DNA of 64,000 nucleotides. Source: Euprymna scolopes (lineage: Eukaryota). Positions 28,347 to 36,188 of this stretch are shown piece by piece. Position 1 is the first letter of the stretch. Each line of letters begins with the position of its first letter. The DNA lies in assembly GCA_053919585.1 (NCBI GenBank), contig JBSSHM010000205.1. One strand, written 5' to 3'. The position numbers were made by a program, and so were the translations under genes. The notes under the pieces were generated by a model. That model was given only the letters and a program-made list of their open reading frames with translations, searched no databases and was not told the DNA's origin.

Positions 28347-28586
28347 GTGAACGCACAACAAATTATCAAAACCCTAGCGGCTAACAATATTGCATCGGCT
28401 ACAGTAGCACCTAAAACAGTAGGGATCACAGTTGGCGATTGGGTAGCCGTGATTGTACAACCTACCGCCGCGGGGATCGAAGTCTCTTTAGTAGCTCAAA
28501 AGACTTTAACACCTGTACAAACTGAATACGGTAATAAGTACAATTTTGTGAGACTTGTCACAGAACTTTTAGAGCAAGTACAGTAA
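28347..28586 (+). CDS. hypothetical protein (island)
   Basis: GGAG SD plus GTG. Confidence 0.7.
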   Translation: MNAQQIIKTLAANNIASATVAPKTVGITVGDWVAVIVQPTAAGIEVSLVAQKTLTPVQTEYGNKYNFVRLVTELLEQVQ

Positions 28587-28589
28587 TAT
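28547..28589 (+). promoter_or_regulatory. class II CRP-type promoter embedded in the 3' end of a CDS
   Basis: TGTGA-GACTTG-TCACA, 21 bp, TAATAT. Confidence 0.68.
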
Positions 28590-28643
28590 TAAGTCTCTGG
28601 CGGGGGTAACCCGCCTATAACCACACCAATTTGGAGATACCCC

Positions 28644-29012
28644 ATGTTATTATCAGAGTCTCGCATTACAGCCACAAATGAAATCAATATCAACATCTGG
28701 GGGTCTCGCATGTTCCGTGCAAGCTTCCCAAAACAAATCACTTTCGATGGCAATATTGAATCAGAATCTAATAGTGTAATGGTGGCACTTTCTTACACTG
28801 GCAAGGATGGGGTTTTGTATGGTTCATCTATCAAAGGTCACATTGTAGGCAACACGATCCGACTAGGCGCAAAAGGTGTTAAAGGTCAGGTAACTAGCAA
28901 CTATGACGGCGAACCCCTAGAGCTAGTAGTTTTAGACCGTCAAGGCAAGGTTATCCACCGTCAACCGTTCGGTAAAGCGGCAAAGGTTAAAGACCACGGT
29001 CATACTAAGTAA
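28644..29012 (+). CDS. hypothetical protein (island)
   Basis: GGAG SD. Confidence 0.7.
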   Translation: MLLSESRITATNEININIWGSRMFRASFPKQITFDGNIESESNSVMVALSYTGKDGVLYGSSIKGHIVGNTIRLGAKGVKGQVTSNYDGEPLELVVLDRQGKVIHRQPFGKAAKVKDHGHTK

Positions 29013-29013
29013 A

Positions 29014-29056
29014 TGTGACATACATCACAGAACGCCCCGCCTAGTGCGGGGTTTTT
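29014..29056 (+). terminator. CRP-type box followed by an intrinsic terminator
   Basis: TGTGA-CATACA-TCACA, then CCCCGC..GCGGGG-TTTTT. Confidence 0.7.
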
Positions 29057-29063
29057 CATGTTA

Positions 29064-29106
29064 TGTGAGTTTGATCACAGTATTACTTATCCAGACCACC
29101 TATTAT
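29064..29106 (+). promoter_or_regulatory. class II CRP-type promoter
   Basis: TGTGA-GTTTGA-TCACA, 21 bp, TATTAT. Confidence 0.78.
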
Positions 29107-29165
29107 TAACTTGTACCGAGAAGGTATAAAGCAAATTTTTCAACACCCCATTTGGAGTCTACATT

Positions 29166-29366
29166 ATGACACGTAAAGAAGCTAAACAAGCTATTCAATC
29201 TGAACTAAACGCTATCCACGGCAGCCCACTAGTAAACATGATCACATCAGAACATGATTACCTTATCGGCGGTGTTAAGACTGGACAACTTACAGCAAAA
29301 GAGGCGGCAAATAAGATCATGGCTGCATATACTTCAGAATGTACTAAACTGTTTAACGCTCGATAG
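29166..29366 (+). CDS. hypothetical protein (island)
   Basis: GGAG SD. Confidence 0.68.
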   Translation: MTRKEAKQAIQSELNAIHGSPLVNMITSEHDYLIGGVKTGQLTAKEAANKIMAAYTSECTKLFNAR

Positions 29367-29379
29367 GAGGACATCCCCC

Positions 29380-29646
29380 ATGAAAATGATTAACACTGAC
29401 AACTGTAAAGCATTCACAACCGAACTACTTAAAGTTAGCCGCGGTACTCATCCCGACTACTACGGAGATCGCCTATACAACCGCGACGCTGTACTGACAA
29501 AGTTAGCAATAGAACAACCGAAAAAGGCGCTTGATTTCGCCCTTGAAATTCAGACCCTAGACCCTGACACCCTAGGGGTGCACCCTAACACCCTGAAGAT
29601 GTGGGCTAACACATTGACCCGACAAGTACAACTCAACATCAAGTAA
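29380..29646 (+). CDS. hypothetical protein (island)
   Basis: AGGAGG SD, ATG at 29380. Confidence 0.7.
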   Translation: MKMINTDNCKAFTTELLKVSRGTHPDYYGDRLYNRDAVLTKLAIEQPKKALDFALEIQTLDPDTLGVHPNTLKMWANTLTRQVQLNIK

Positions 29647-29647
29647 A

Positions 29648-29693
29648 TGTGACCTACATCCCACAAGCCCCGTATATCACGGGGTTATTTTTT
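29648..29693 (+). terminator. degenerate CRP box plus intrinsic terminator ending the island
   Basis: TGTGA-CCTACA-TCCCA, then CCCCGT..ACGGGG-TTATTTTTT. Confidence 0.65.
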
Positions 29694-31319
29694 GCCCTTT
29701 TACAGAACAGCATACTGTAAATATTCGTCTATACCGTACACCATTTAAACGCCCTGTAAGCCTCCCTACTGCACTTTTACCCCTCACTCAACCTCGTAAT
29801 CGATTATTCATGTAACGCCCCAAATCGCATTTATTACACCAAAACGTGACCTATATCACCTAAATTTCCCTACCAAAACCTATCCCATATTACCGTGACA
29901 TAAATCACAATTCTCATACATTACATATACTTAGCGAGATTTTACCATAGGGGTCAAAATGGCATACGGTAAGTTCTCCCTATACCCTCGGAAGCCTTAC
30001 ACTGTAAGGCGTACGGTAAAATATGGACAGGGGTCAATATGTCATACTATAAATATATACACGCGGCATAATATACTAGTTTAGTTAATTCTCATTAGTC
30101 GGGATAGGAGGGGAGCGGGACGGTTACCGTATAGGTGCGGGTATTGATAATTGACGGGGATAATTTTATACGGGAGAGGATGCGGTAAGCAGGGGGAGTG
30201 GGGAGTGAGCTGGAGAGAAAATGTGGGGAGTGGAACGAGGCGGGGACATTTGCTTAACAACTCGCTCTCTCTTCCATCGGTTACACATCCGTTATAATAT
30301 ACAGTACTATATAGTGAATAATAATTACATCAACTATACACCTTACAGAACACGCACAAACAGAACAGCGTACTGATTACATCAACACAGCATACGGTAT
30401 AGAATAAGCAACACACTATACTGTAAACCACAACAATATTACAGTACGCCATACATGCATTATCTATCAGGTGATGCTATCTTGTATGTATTATGTGACT
30501 TGAATCACCCCAGTCATACGGAGCGCCCGAGCTATACAGAACGCGGTTCCCTTCACAGATATTTTGAAATTTCAGAACGCTTTACAACATGCCATCCCGA
30601 CTTGTTAAGCAACGATCGGGCTACTTTAACTCCCACACCATTTCCCACGTTCCCCACCAGATATTTCACCCCACAGATATTTCAAACCTCACCACCACAA
30701 ACAGTACCCCCACAAAATTTAAGTACCCCAATTAAAAACTACCCACCACACCCTTTATTCACCACAATGACTAACCACTGCATAATAAAATACCCACAAA
30801 ATACCTATTCCACAGAAAAAATTAAATACCCCACCACACACGCTCCCACAACCCCCAGAATTAACATTATGAAGTACACCGATACAATGGCTCCACCTCC
30901 ACCAACAACCCACCACAGGGCTTCTCAGGAGATATTTTGACTATAGGGATATTTGGATGTCAGGATATTTTGGACAGGTAGGATTAAAAAGGGAGGTACC
31001 AATTTGAAAAAGATATAGGGAAAGTATTGATAGGATGGAAATTTTTGGACGTATACTTTGTCTGGAGGATGTGTCGCGCTTAGATATGGTAAGGGTTAGT
31101 TATAGGATATTTTAGGAAAGTAATGTTTGAATAGAGGATCAGGTTGGAATGGGTATAAAAAGAAGAGTTTTGAGTATGGTGTAGATAAATGTCGTTTAAT
31201 ATACGTTTAATAAGGGGTGTAAATGGGCGTAGGAGGGATTTTAAGGGAAAAGTGGATACATTGTACCCATAAATAGAAAAACCTCCCTGTGAGCTTTACA
31301 GAGAGGCTTAGAGTGGGTG
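29694..31319. other. 1.6-kb non-coding, strand-skewed, repeat-rich region where transcription converges (candidate genome terminus or origin)
   Basis: no credible ORF, alternating G-rich and C/A-rich blocks, seven GATATTT copies, three more CRP-like boxes. Confidence 0.6.
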
Positions 31320-31589
31320 TTACTTTTTGTTGAATAGAGGTTTACTAAACCATCCTCTACTGAATGTGTAAGGGATACCTTTGAAGACGATCCAGAATGC
31401 CAATATGAATAACCAAAAGAATAAGGCTACCCATCCACAAAGAGTAATACCTATAGCAGCTCCTCGTGTGACAGGATTACATTCAAAATTAATTTCTCCA
31501 TCTCGTCCTTTCTCATCCCAACTCCACAACCAACAAGATACCATACCCGCTACAAGCCAAGATATGATCAAAATGATAGTGGATATCAT
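31320..31589 (-). CDS. membrane protein (paralog of 34210)
   Basis: SWLVAG...PVTRG...GWV. Confidence 0.7.
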   Translation of the reverse strand: MISTIILIISWLVAGMVSCWLWSWDEKGRDGEINFECNPVTRGAAIGITLCGWVALFFWLFILAFWIVFKGIPYTFSRGWFSKPLFNKK

Positions 31590-31813
31590 GACAGTTTCTC
31601 CAGTTGTTTAGTAACGTATCCGGTACCTTGGTTACGTAGTTGTTCGTAGATGGTGTCGATGTCAGTATCGAACATAACTTCCAGTGCGTTCTCTAGACAG
31701 AGGATAGCGTCTGTACCTGTAGTGGCAAAAGTGCCGTCTTCTGTTTCTACATCGAAACTGCGTTCATAGTTGACTTGGATTGCACAAAGCAATACTTCTT
31801 TTAGATTGTCCAT
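31586..31813 (-). CDS. hypothetical protein
   Basis: GGAGG SD. Confidence 0.7.
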   Translation of the reverse strand: MDNLKEVLLCAIQVNYERSFDVETEDGTFATTGTDAILCLENALEVMFDTDIDTIYEQLRNQGTGYVTKQLEKLS

Positions 31814-31829
31814 AAAACCTCCTTACTGT

Positions 31830-32084
31830 TTAGTAAATATTGTCGAAAGATTTATACTTCCAATGATCACCTTTAGTACATTCTCCGATAAGAGTATAAA
31901 CTAACACTTCATCTCCGAAGTATCGATTGTCGATAATCTTACTACGGGAGGCGCACCAAATCATAGCACGGTTTATTCGGGTGGAAGGGTCTTTACCTTC
32001 TACTGTGAGTGTCCCGATAGTAACTTCGTGCTTCTTACCTTGATTAACCTCTTTCTTAATCAGATATATTTTCTCGACTGACAT
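31830..32084 (-). CDS. hypothetical protein
   Basis: SD, operon packing. Confidence 0.65.
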   Translation of the reverse strand: MSVEKIYLIKKEVNQGKKHEVTIGTLTVEGKDPSTRINRAMIWCASRSKIIDNRYFGDEVLVYTLIGECTKGDHWKYKSFDNIY

Positions 32085-32085
32085 A

Positions 32086-32337
32086 CTAACCTCGGATAAA
32101 CTTTACATAGCCTTCGATGGCAACTTCTTCTACTTCTAAGTTAGCATTCAGGTCGTATAAACATCCAGAACCTATTGCCATACATATTAGAGCCTCCGTA
32201 CCACTCTCCCAACGATTAGAGCGACGGTAGACTGTAGGCTTTTCTTCCTCTGCTAGTACAGGTACAAAGTATGCACCGAACTTGAGGTCTCTTAGTAAGG
32301 TAGGTTTAGTAACCTTCTCTTCAATTTCGTAATCCAT
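32086..32337 (-). CDS. small paralog, family A
   Basis: DL..GAYF...VYRR...C motif. Confidence 0.7.
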   Translation of the reverse strand: MDYEIEEKVTKPTLLRDLKFGAYFVPVLAEEEKPTVYRRSNRWESGTEALICMAIGSGCLYDLNANLEVEEVAIEGYVKFIRG

Positions 32338-32338
32338 A

Positions 32339-32581
32339 CTACTTCTCCGTATAAGAGAAGGTTGGCTGCTCCTTCAAGTATAAAGGAATAACCTGTTGGT
32401 GATAGTCTACCTCATGAAAAGTTCCTACGGCACAAGTCAGCCTATAACAAGTCATACCTTCGTCGTGAGAACCCGCTTGCTTTACTCTTCGGTATACATG
32501 ACCGTGTAGTTCGAAATAACCTCCTTTAAGGATGTCTTGGGCATCCACCGTAGGTTTTGGGTCTAAAATTTTTGGATTCAT
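32339..32581 (-). CDS. small paralog, family A
   Basis: DI..GGYF...VYRR...C motif. Confidence 0.7.
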   Translation of the reverse strand: MNPKILDPKPTVDAQDILKGGYFELHGHVYRRVKQAGSHDEGMTCYRLTCAVGTFHEVDYHQQVIPLYLKEQPTFSYTEK

Positions 32582-32583
32582 AA

Positions 32584-32841
32584 TTACTCCTTATCGAAAG
32601 AAAATACAGGATTAGTGTCGACATGCATAGGGTGTACTCGAAGGCTCCCTCCTAACATAACTATATCTCGTGATGATAGGTCTACACAAGTAAATAGCCC
32701 ACCTATATCATGCCTTTCAGTAGTAAGCATCATTACACTACCTTCATCTTCTTCTCTGCAAAAATAACCTGTACCGTATGCCGTGCAAAGGTCTTTAAGA
32801 TATGTTACAGGTTTCTGTGGGTCTTTAATTAATGGTACCAT
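32584..32841 (-). CDS. small paralog, family A
   Basis: LKDL..GYF...CVDL..PVF, GAGG SD. Confidence 0.7.
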   Translation of the reverse strand: MVPLIKDPQKPVTYLKDLCTAYGTGYFCREEDEGSVMMLTTERHDIGGLFTCVDLSSRDIVMLGGSLRVHPMHVDTNPVFSFDKE

Positions 32842-32981
32842 GTTATACCTCCTCGTATTCTTCTGGGTTGTTCCCGTAAGTTTCAATTTCATCCGCCATA
32901 CAATCCTCACATATCAGATTATGCATCAAATCATAGTGAGTGGCGATATTACTACAATGTGGTGAGTCACATTCTAACATT

Positions 32982-33164
32982 CTAACCTCCTGCCAACATA
33001 GCCGCTAAGGTAATAGAGACTAGGGTAAGTCCTAGAGCTAGTCCATAATGGAACTTAGCTCCTAAAGGTGCTTCACGTTTATGGTCATCTTGTCCATCAC
33101 GTAGATAACATCCCGTGGCTATACCGAACAGGAAGATGAACATCGCTAGTACAAAATCTACCAT
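32982..33164 (-). CDS. small two-TM membrane protein
   Basis: hydrophobic segments, SD. Confidence 0.6.
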   Translation of the reverse strand: MVDFVLAMFIFLFGIATGCYLRDGQDDHKREAPLGAKFHYGLALGLTLVSITLAAMLAGG

Positions 33165-33484
33165 GTCTTCTCTCCTTTATACTTTTCATACAGAGTGTAG
33201 AACTCTACTTGTCCCATGTCAAGACTAGCCTTAACTAAATGTAAGTGTTTTTCTGCATCTGGAAGGTACAGAGGGCTTAGGATATAGTGTTCATCTACTT
33301 CTGAGAAATCCGGAACCTCTTCTACAGTACCTGTGTAGATAGGATACACCATAGTACAGGTTTCGGAATTGTTGATGTACTCCAAGTAAGATAATACATC
33401 CTCTAACGACAGGTCAATTACGAACAGTACATCCATACTGAAAGGTTTATCGTATATATGACTCACGTCAACTAACTTCAACAT
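33158..33484 (-). CDS. hypothetical protein
   Basis: SD. Confidence 0.65.
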   Translation of the reverse strand: MLKLVDVSHIYDKPFSMDVLFVIDLSLEDVLSYLEYINNSETCTMVYPIYTGTVEEVPDFSEVDEHYILSPLYLPDAEKHLHLVKASLDMGQVEFYTLYEKYKGEKTW

Positions 33485-33487
33485 AGC

Positions 33488-33736
33488 TTAACCCTCGAAT
33501 GGTGCTACGCGAGTAAATACCGGATTAGTGATCACGTATAATGGAATAACGCGAGAATCTTCTCGGAAATTATGAGTCTCTTGGGTAGCAAGATTCATAC
33601 ATAAGACTCGCTTGCCTTCCTTTTTCTCGGTACGTACATACACTTTATCAGGAATACCTGAAAGGTGGAAATACGGAGAATGGATACTACCTAGTTGGTG
33701 TAAAGATACTTCGTTTTCTGCGATTGTTGGTGTCAT
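33488..33736 (-). CDS. small paralog, family A
   Basis: LHQL..PYF...VYVR...CMNL...PVF. Confidence 0.7.
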   Translation of the reverse strand: MTPTIAENEVSLHQLGSIHSPYFHLSGIPDKVYVRTEKKEGKRVLCMNLATQETHNFREDSRVIPLYVITNPVFTRVAPFEG

Positions 33737-33749
33737 AATTATACTCCTC

Positions 33750-33947
33750 CTAACAACAAGCTACCATGGCGTCGATTTCATCTTGAACTGCTTCTTGTGG
33801 GGTTAGTTGGTCGATATCACCGTTCACTGATTCTACCCAAGCGTTACCCATCTCTACCGCGGTCTTTAGGTCAAAGCGGCACTGAAGGATAAGTTCTTTT
33901 GCAAAGTCCAACACCCATACATCTTTGTCAATTTGTTGATCACTCAT
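33750..33947 (-). CDS. hypothetical protein
   Basis: GAGGA SD, ATG at 33947. Confidence 0.6.
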   Translation of the reverse strand: MSDQQIDKDVWVLDFAKELILQCRFDLKTAVEMGNAWVESVNGDIDQLTPQEAVQDEIDAMVACC

Positions 33948-34201
33948 TTTACGTTCCTCCTCTTTTTGAAAATCTTCCACACCATCTTGATATGGAACCA
34001 TAATGATACTGGAGGGAGTATACTTCTAGACCACCCCAACCATTTAGCATCTTCTTTACCCATCTCGCGGTAGTCATACATAACCACTCCGCAAGTACAC
34101 CGTTTAGTTTTACGTAACCACCAAGTCTCGTAATGTTGACAGTACCTCATACTAATCGTTGTGTAAGGGTTTGCAATAGTCGCACTACAACAATTATTCA
34201 T
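33944..34201 (-). CDS. Cys-rich hypothetical protein
   Basis: GGAGG SD, CQH..CTC. Confidence 0.6.
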   Translation of the reverse strand: MNNCCSATIANPYTTISMRYCQHYETWWLRKTKRCTCGVVMYDYREMGKEDAKWLGWSRSILPPVSLWFHIKMVWKIFKKRRNVK

Positions 34202-34209
34202 AGTCCCTC

Positions 34210-34431
34210 CTACTTTTTAGGAAAAATAAAACTCATCGCGTTGTGGATTAGTGCAATACACGACCAAGCTATTGCGAATGCAAAGCCGACCCATCCTGTA
34301 ATTACTAGTGCAGTTGCTACCCCGCGGTCTACAGGACTCCAACGAAATCTCATATCTTTATCGATCATACTGAACGCTAAGGCAGAGATAAAACCTGCCA
34401 ATAGCCATGATCCTAAGAAACTCATAAACAT
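34210..34431 (-). CDS. membrane protein (paralog of 31320)
   Basis: SWLLAG...PVDRG...GWV. Confidence 0.65.
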   Translation of the reverse strand: MFMSFLGSWLLAGFISALAFSMIDKDMRFRWSPVDRGVATALVITGWVGFAFAIAWSCIALIHNAMSFIFPKK

Positions 34432-34432
34432 A

Positions 34433-34663
34433 TTAGTATTTCACCACCTGAATATTTGCACCGTAAGTACCGCCGACTAGGTAGTCTACCATACTATTCT
34501 CTGATGCCTGACGTTTACCTTCACCGTAGTCGATAGAGATAAGTTTAGCCGTGAACTGTTGTTGGTTGCCGTTGACTTCCTGCACTTCTGTGATTATTTC
34601 AGCTTCGATGATTACCCCGTAGTCATACTCTTCGATAATACTACCTTTGCGGATTTCTTTCAT
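34433..34663 (-). CDS. hypothetical protein
   Basis: SD. Confidence 0.65.
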   Translation of the reverse strand: MKEIRKGSIIEEYDYGVIIEAEIITEVQEVNGNQQQFTAKLISIDYGEGKRQASENSMVDYLVGGTYGANIQVVKY

Positions 34664-34922
34664 TGTATTTCTCCTTCACGTAATTGATGTTGAACAGGTC
34701 TTTTGTATCTAACTGTAAAGTAGCTTCAGGATTGATAAGTGCCGCCCCTTGAGCTGCTTTGTAGATTCGGATAAACTCCTGTGCATTCATATCCCCTTTT
34801 ATACGATAGGGCGTACACAAATCCGCATTAGCTTTGTGGGACTCTTCGTTCAGTTTATGTGCAAACTCTTCGTATGGCATCATGGTAAACACGATAGAAG
34901 CAGCTTTCAAGTGCGTTATCAT
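34641..34922 (-). CDS. hypothetical protein
   Basis: SD. Confidence 0.65.
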   Translation of the reverse strand: MITHLKAASIVFTMMPYEEFAHKLNEESHKANADLCTPYRIKGDMNAQEFIRIYKAAQGAALINPEATLQLDTKDLFNINYVKEKYNERNPQR

Positions 34923-35396
34923 CTAATCCTCCAAATGTTTTAGTGTGTGCAAGAAAAGTTTTGCATCCTCTTCTCCGTACTGTTTACGAAGATACTTCAA
35001 TACGACTTGTAAGTCAACACTTTCTTCCGAAGGAGATTCCTCATCCCCATCTTCATCCTCTGATACAACTAACTCATCGAATGCAACTACCGCGGTGAAT
35101 ATGACCTCTTCTGCATCCTCTTTTTCAAAAGACTCTTCACATCGACCATAATAGATAGTCTTGGTCTTACCTGTAGCAGTATCTCCTATATACCAGAAAG
35201 GTGCTCCTGCTAAATGAGTGCCGAGGAAGAAGTTTAGATCCTTACAATACCCTACAAAATCATTGAAATTGTTCTTATGACTAAGCAACTCTTCGATGAT
35301 AAGGAACCTTTCTTTTTCGGTAGCCCATCGCATATCGACCTTAACGTTGTCTATCTCGTCTAGTTTGTAATTTGTGATAATTCTCTTATCTGACAT
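34923..35396 (-). CDS. paralog, family B
   Basis: C-terminal V..YL...YG......FLHTLKHL. Confidence 0.7.
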   Translation of the reverse strand: MSDKRIITNYKLDEIDNVKVDMRWATEKERFLIIEELLSHKNNFNDFVGYCKDLNFFLGTHLAGAPFWYIGDTATGKTKTIYYGRCEESFEKEDAEEVIFTAVVAFDELVVSEDEDGDEESPSEESVDLQVVLKYLRKQYGEEDAKLFLHTLKHLED

Positions 35397-35406
35397 ACAT
35401 CCTCCT

Positions 35407-35646
35407 TTAACTTCTCTGTAGTTTTATTGACAGTATTACCGATTCATAGATAGCCTTCCTACCGCACCAAAACAGAAGAACAGCAAGACCGCCATATTTG
35501 AATGCCATTTTAATAGCGGTAAAATATTCCCCTAAACATGCAGCAGTCATAACAAACAGAGTAAATGCAACTCCTGCGCACACAGCACATATCAAGAATA
35601 TGTACCCTGCCACGTATAAAAGTACAGCCTTCAGTCTACTATCCAT
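35407..35646 (-). CDS. membrane protein
   Basis: two TM segments, SD, upstream promoter-hairpin at 35661-35707. Confidence 0.65.
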   Translation of the reverse strand: MDSRLKAVLLYVAGYIFLICAVCAGVAFTLFVMTAACLGEYFTAIKMAFKYGGLAVLLFWCGRKAIYESVILSIKLQRS

Positions 35647-35712
35647 AAATCCTCCTGATATAAAAACACCTACCCGAGTAAGATAACATACTACAGGTAG
35701 GTGTCAATACTT

Positions 35713-35952
35713 TTATCGATTTTTCTTAGCGTACCTGTAAGACTCGGTAGCCAACCACAGATGTAATATCGCTTCTGCAATCATACCAGACACTGCGTAC
35801 GCATTAATAGAGTGTACTTGGAGCAATACCGCGGCACCCATGGTATTTACAAAGGTGTACAAGTTCCATAGGTCAACAATACCCATCATGATACAAATCA
35901 CTGTCAAGACAAGCCCTGCTACCATTTTCCACATAATCATAATTCCTCCCAA
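35713..35952 (-). CDS. membrane protein
   Basis: hydrophobic ORF. Confidence 0.6.
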   Translation of the reverse strand: MGGIMIMWKMVAGLVLTVICIMMGIVDLWNLYTFVNTMGAAVLLQVHSINAYAVSGMIAEAILHLWLATESYRYAKKNR

Positions 35953-36188
35953 TCTGATACTAGGAACTCTCCATCATTGAAGTATTTCCTTAACTTATTA
36001 AGTACCTCTTCTGCATGTTCCTTACGGTCGAACCTTACTAATGTCGGAGATTTGTTGGGGTCGAATGAGTAGAAGATTAGTTGCCAATCATCAGAACCCT
36101 TTTGAACACCACCCAACTTAGATAGGTCTAGACGGATATTAGGTGTAATCTGGACACTAAACATCCCGCACACTCTCGCGTAAAGCAA
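35937..36188 (-). CDS. hypothetical protein
   Basis: operon packing, start probably near 36164. Confidence 0.55.
   Translation of the reverse strand: MLYARVCGMFSVQITPNIRLDLSKLGGVQKGSDDWQLIFYSFDPNKSPTLVRFDRKEHAEEVLNKLRKYFNDGEFLVSDWEEL

Noticed and set aside
17380-29106. Repeated element as a CRISPR array
   Set aside because: Copies are degenerate and separated by whole genes, not 30-40-nt spacers. No cas genes were seen.
17380-29106. Classical integron attC array
   Set aside because: There is no tyrosine integrase in the window and no consistent RYYYAAC/GTTRRRY ends. The elements contain promoters.
16147-30509. Boxes as FNR or CRP-S sites
   Set aside because: Half-sites are TGTGA/TCACA, not TTGAT/ATCAA or TGCGA.
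30455-30940. 161-aa Pro/Thr-rich ORF
   Set aside because: It is a by-product of C/A-skewed repeats and has no SD.
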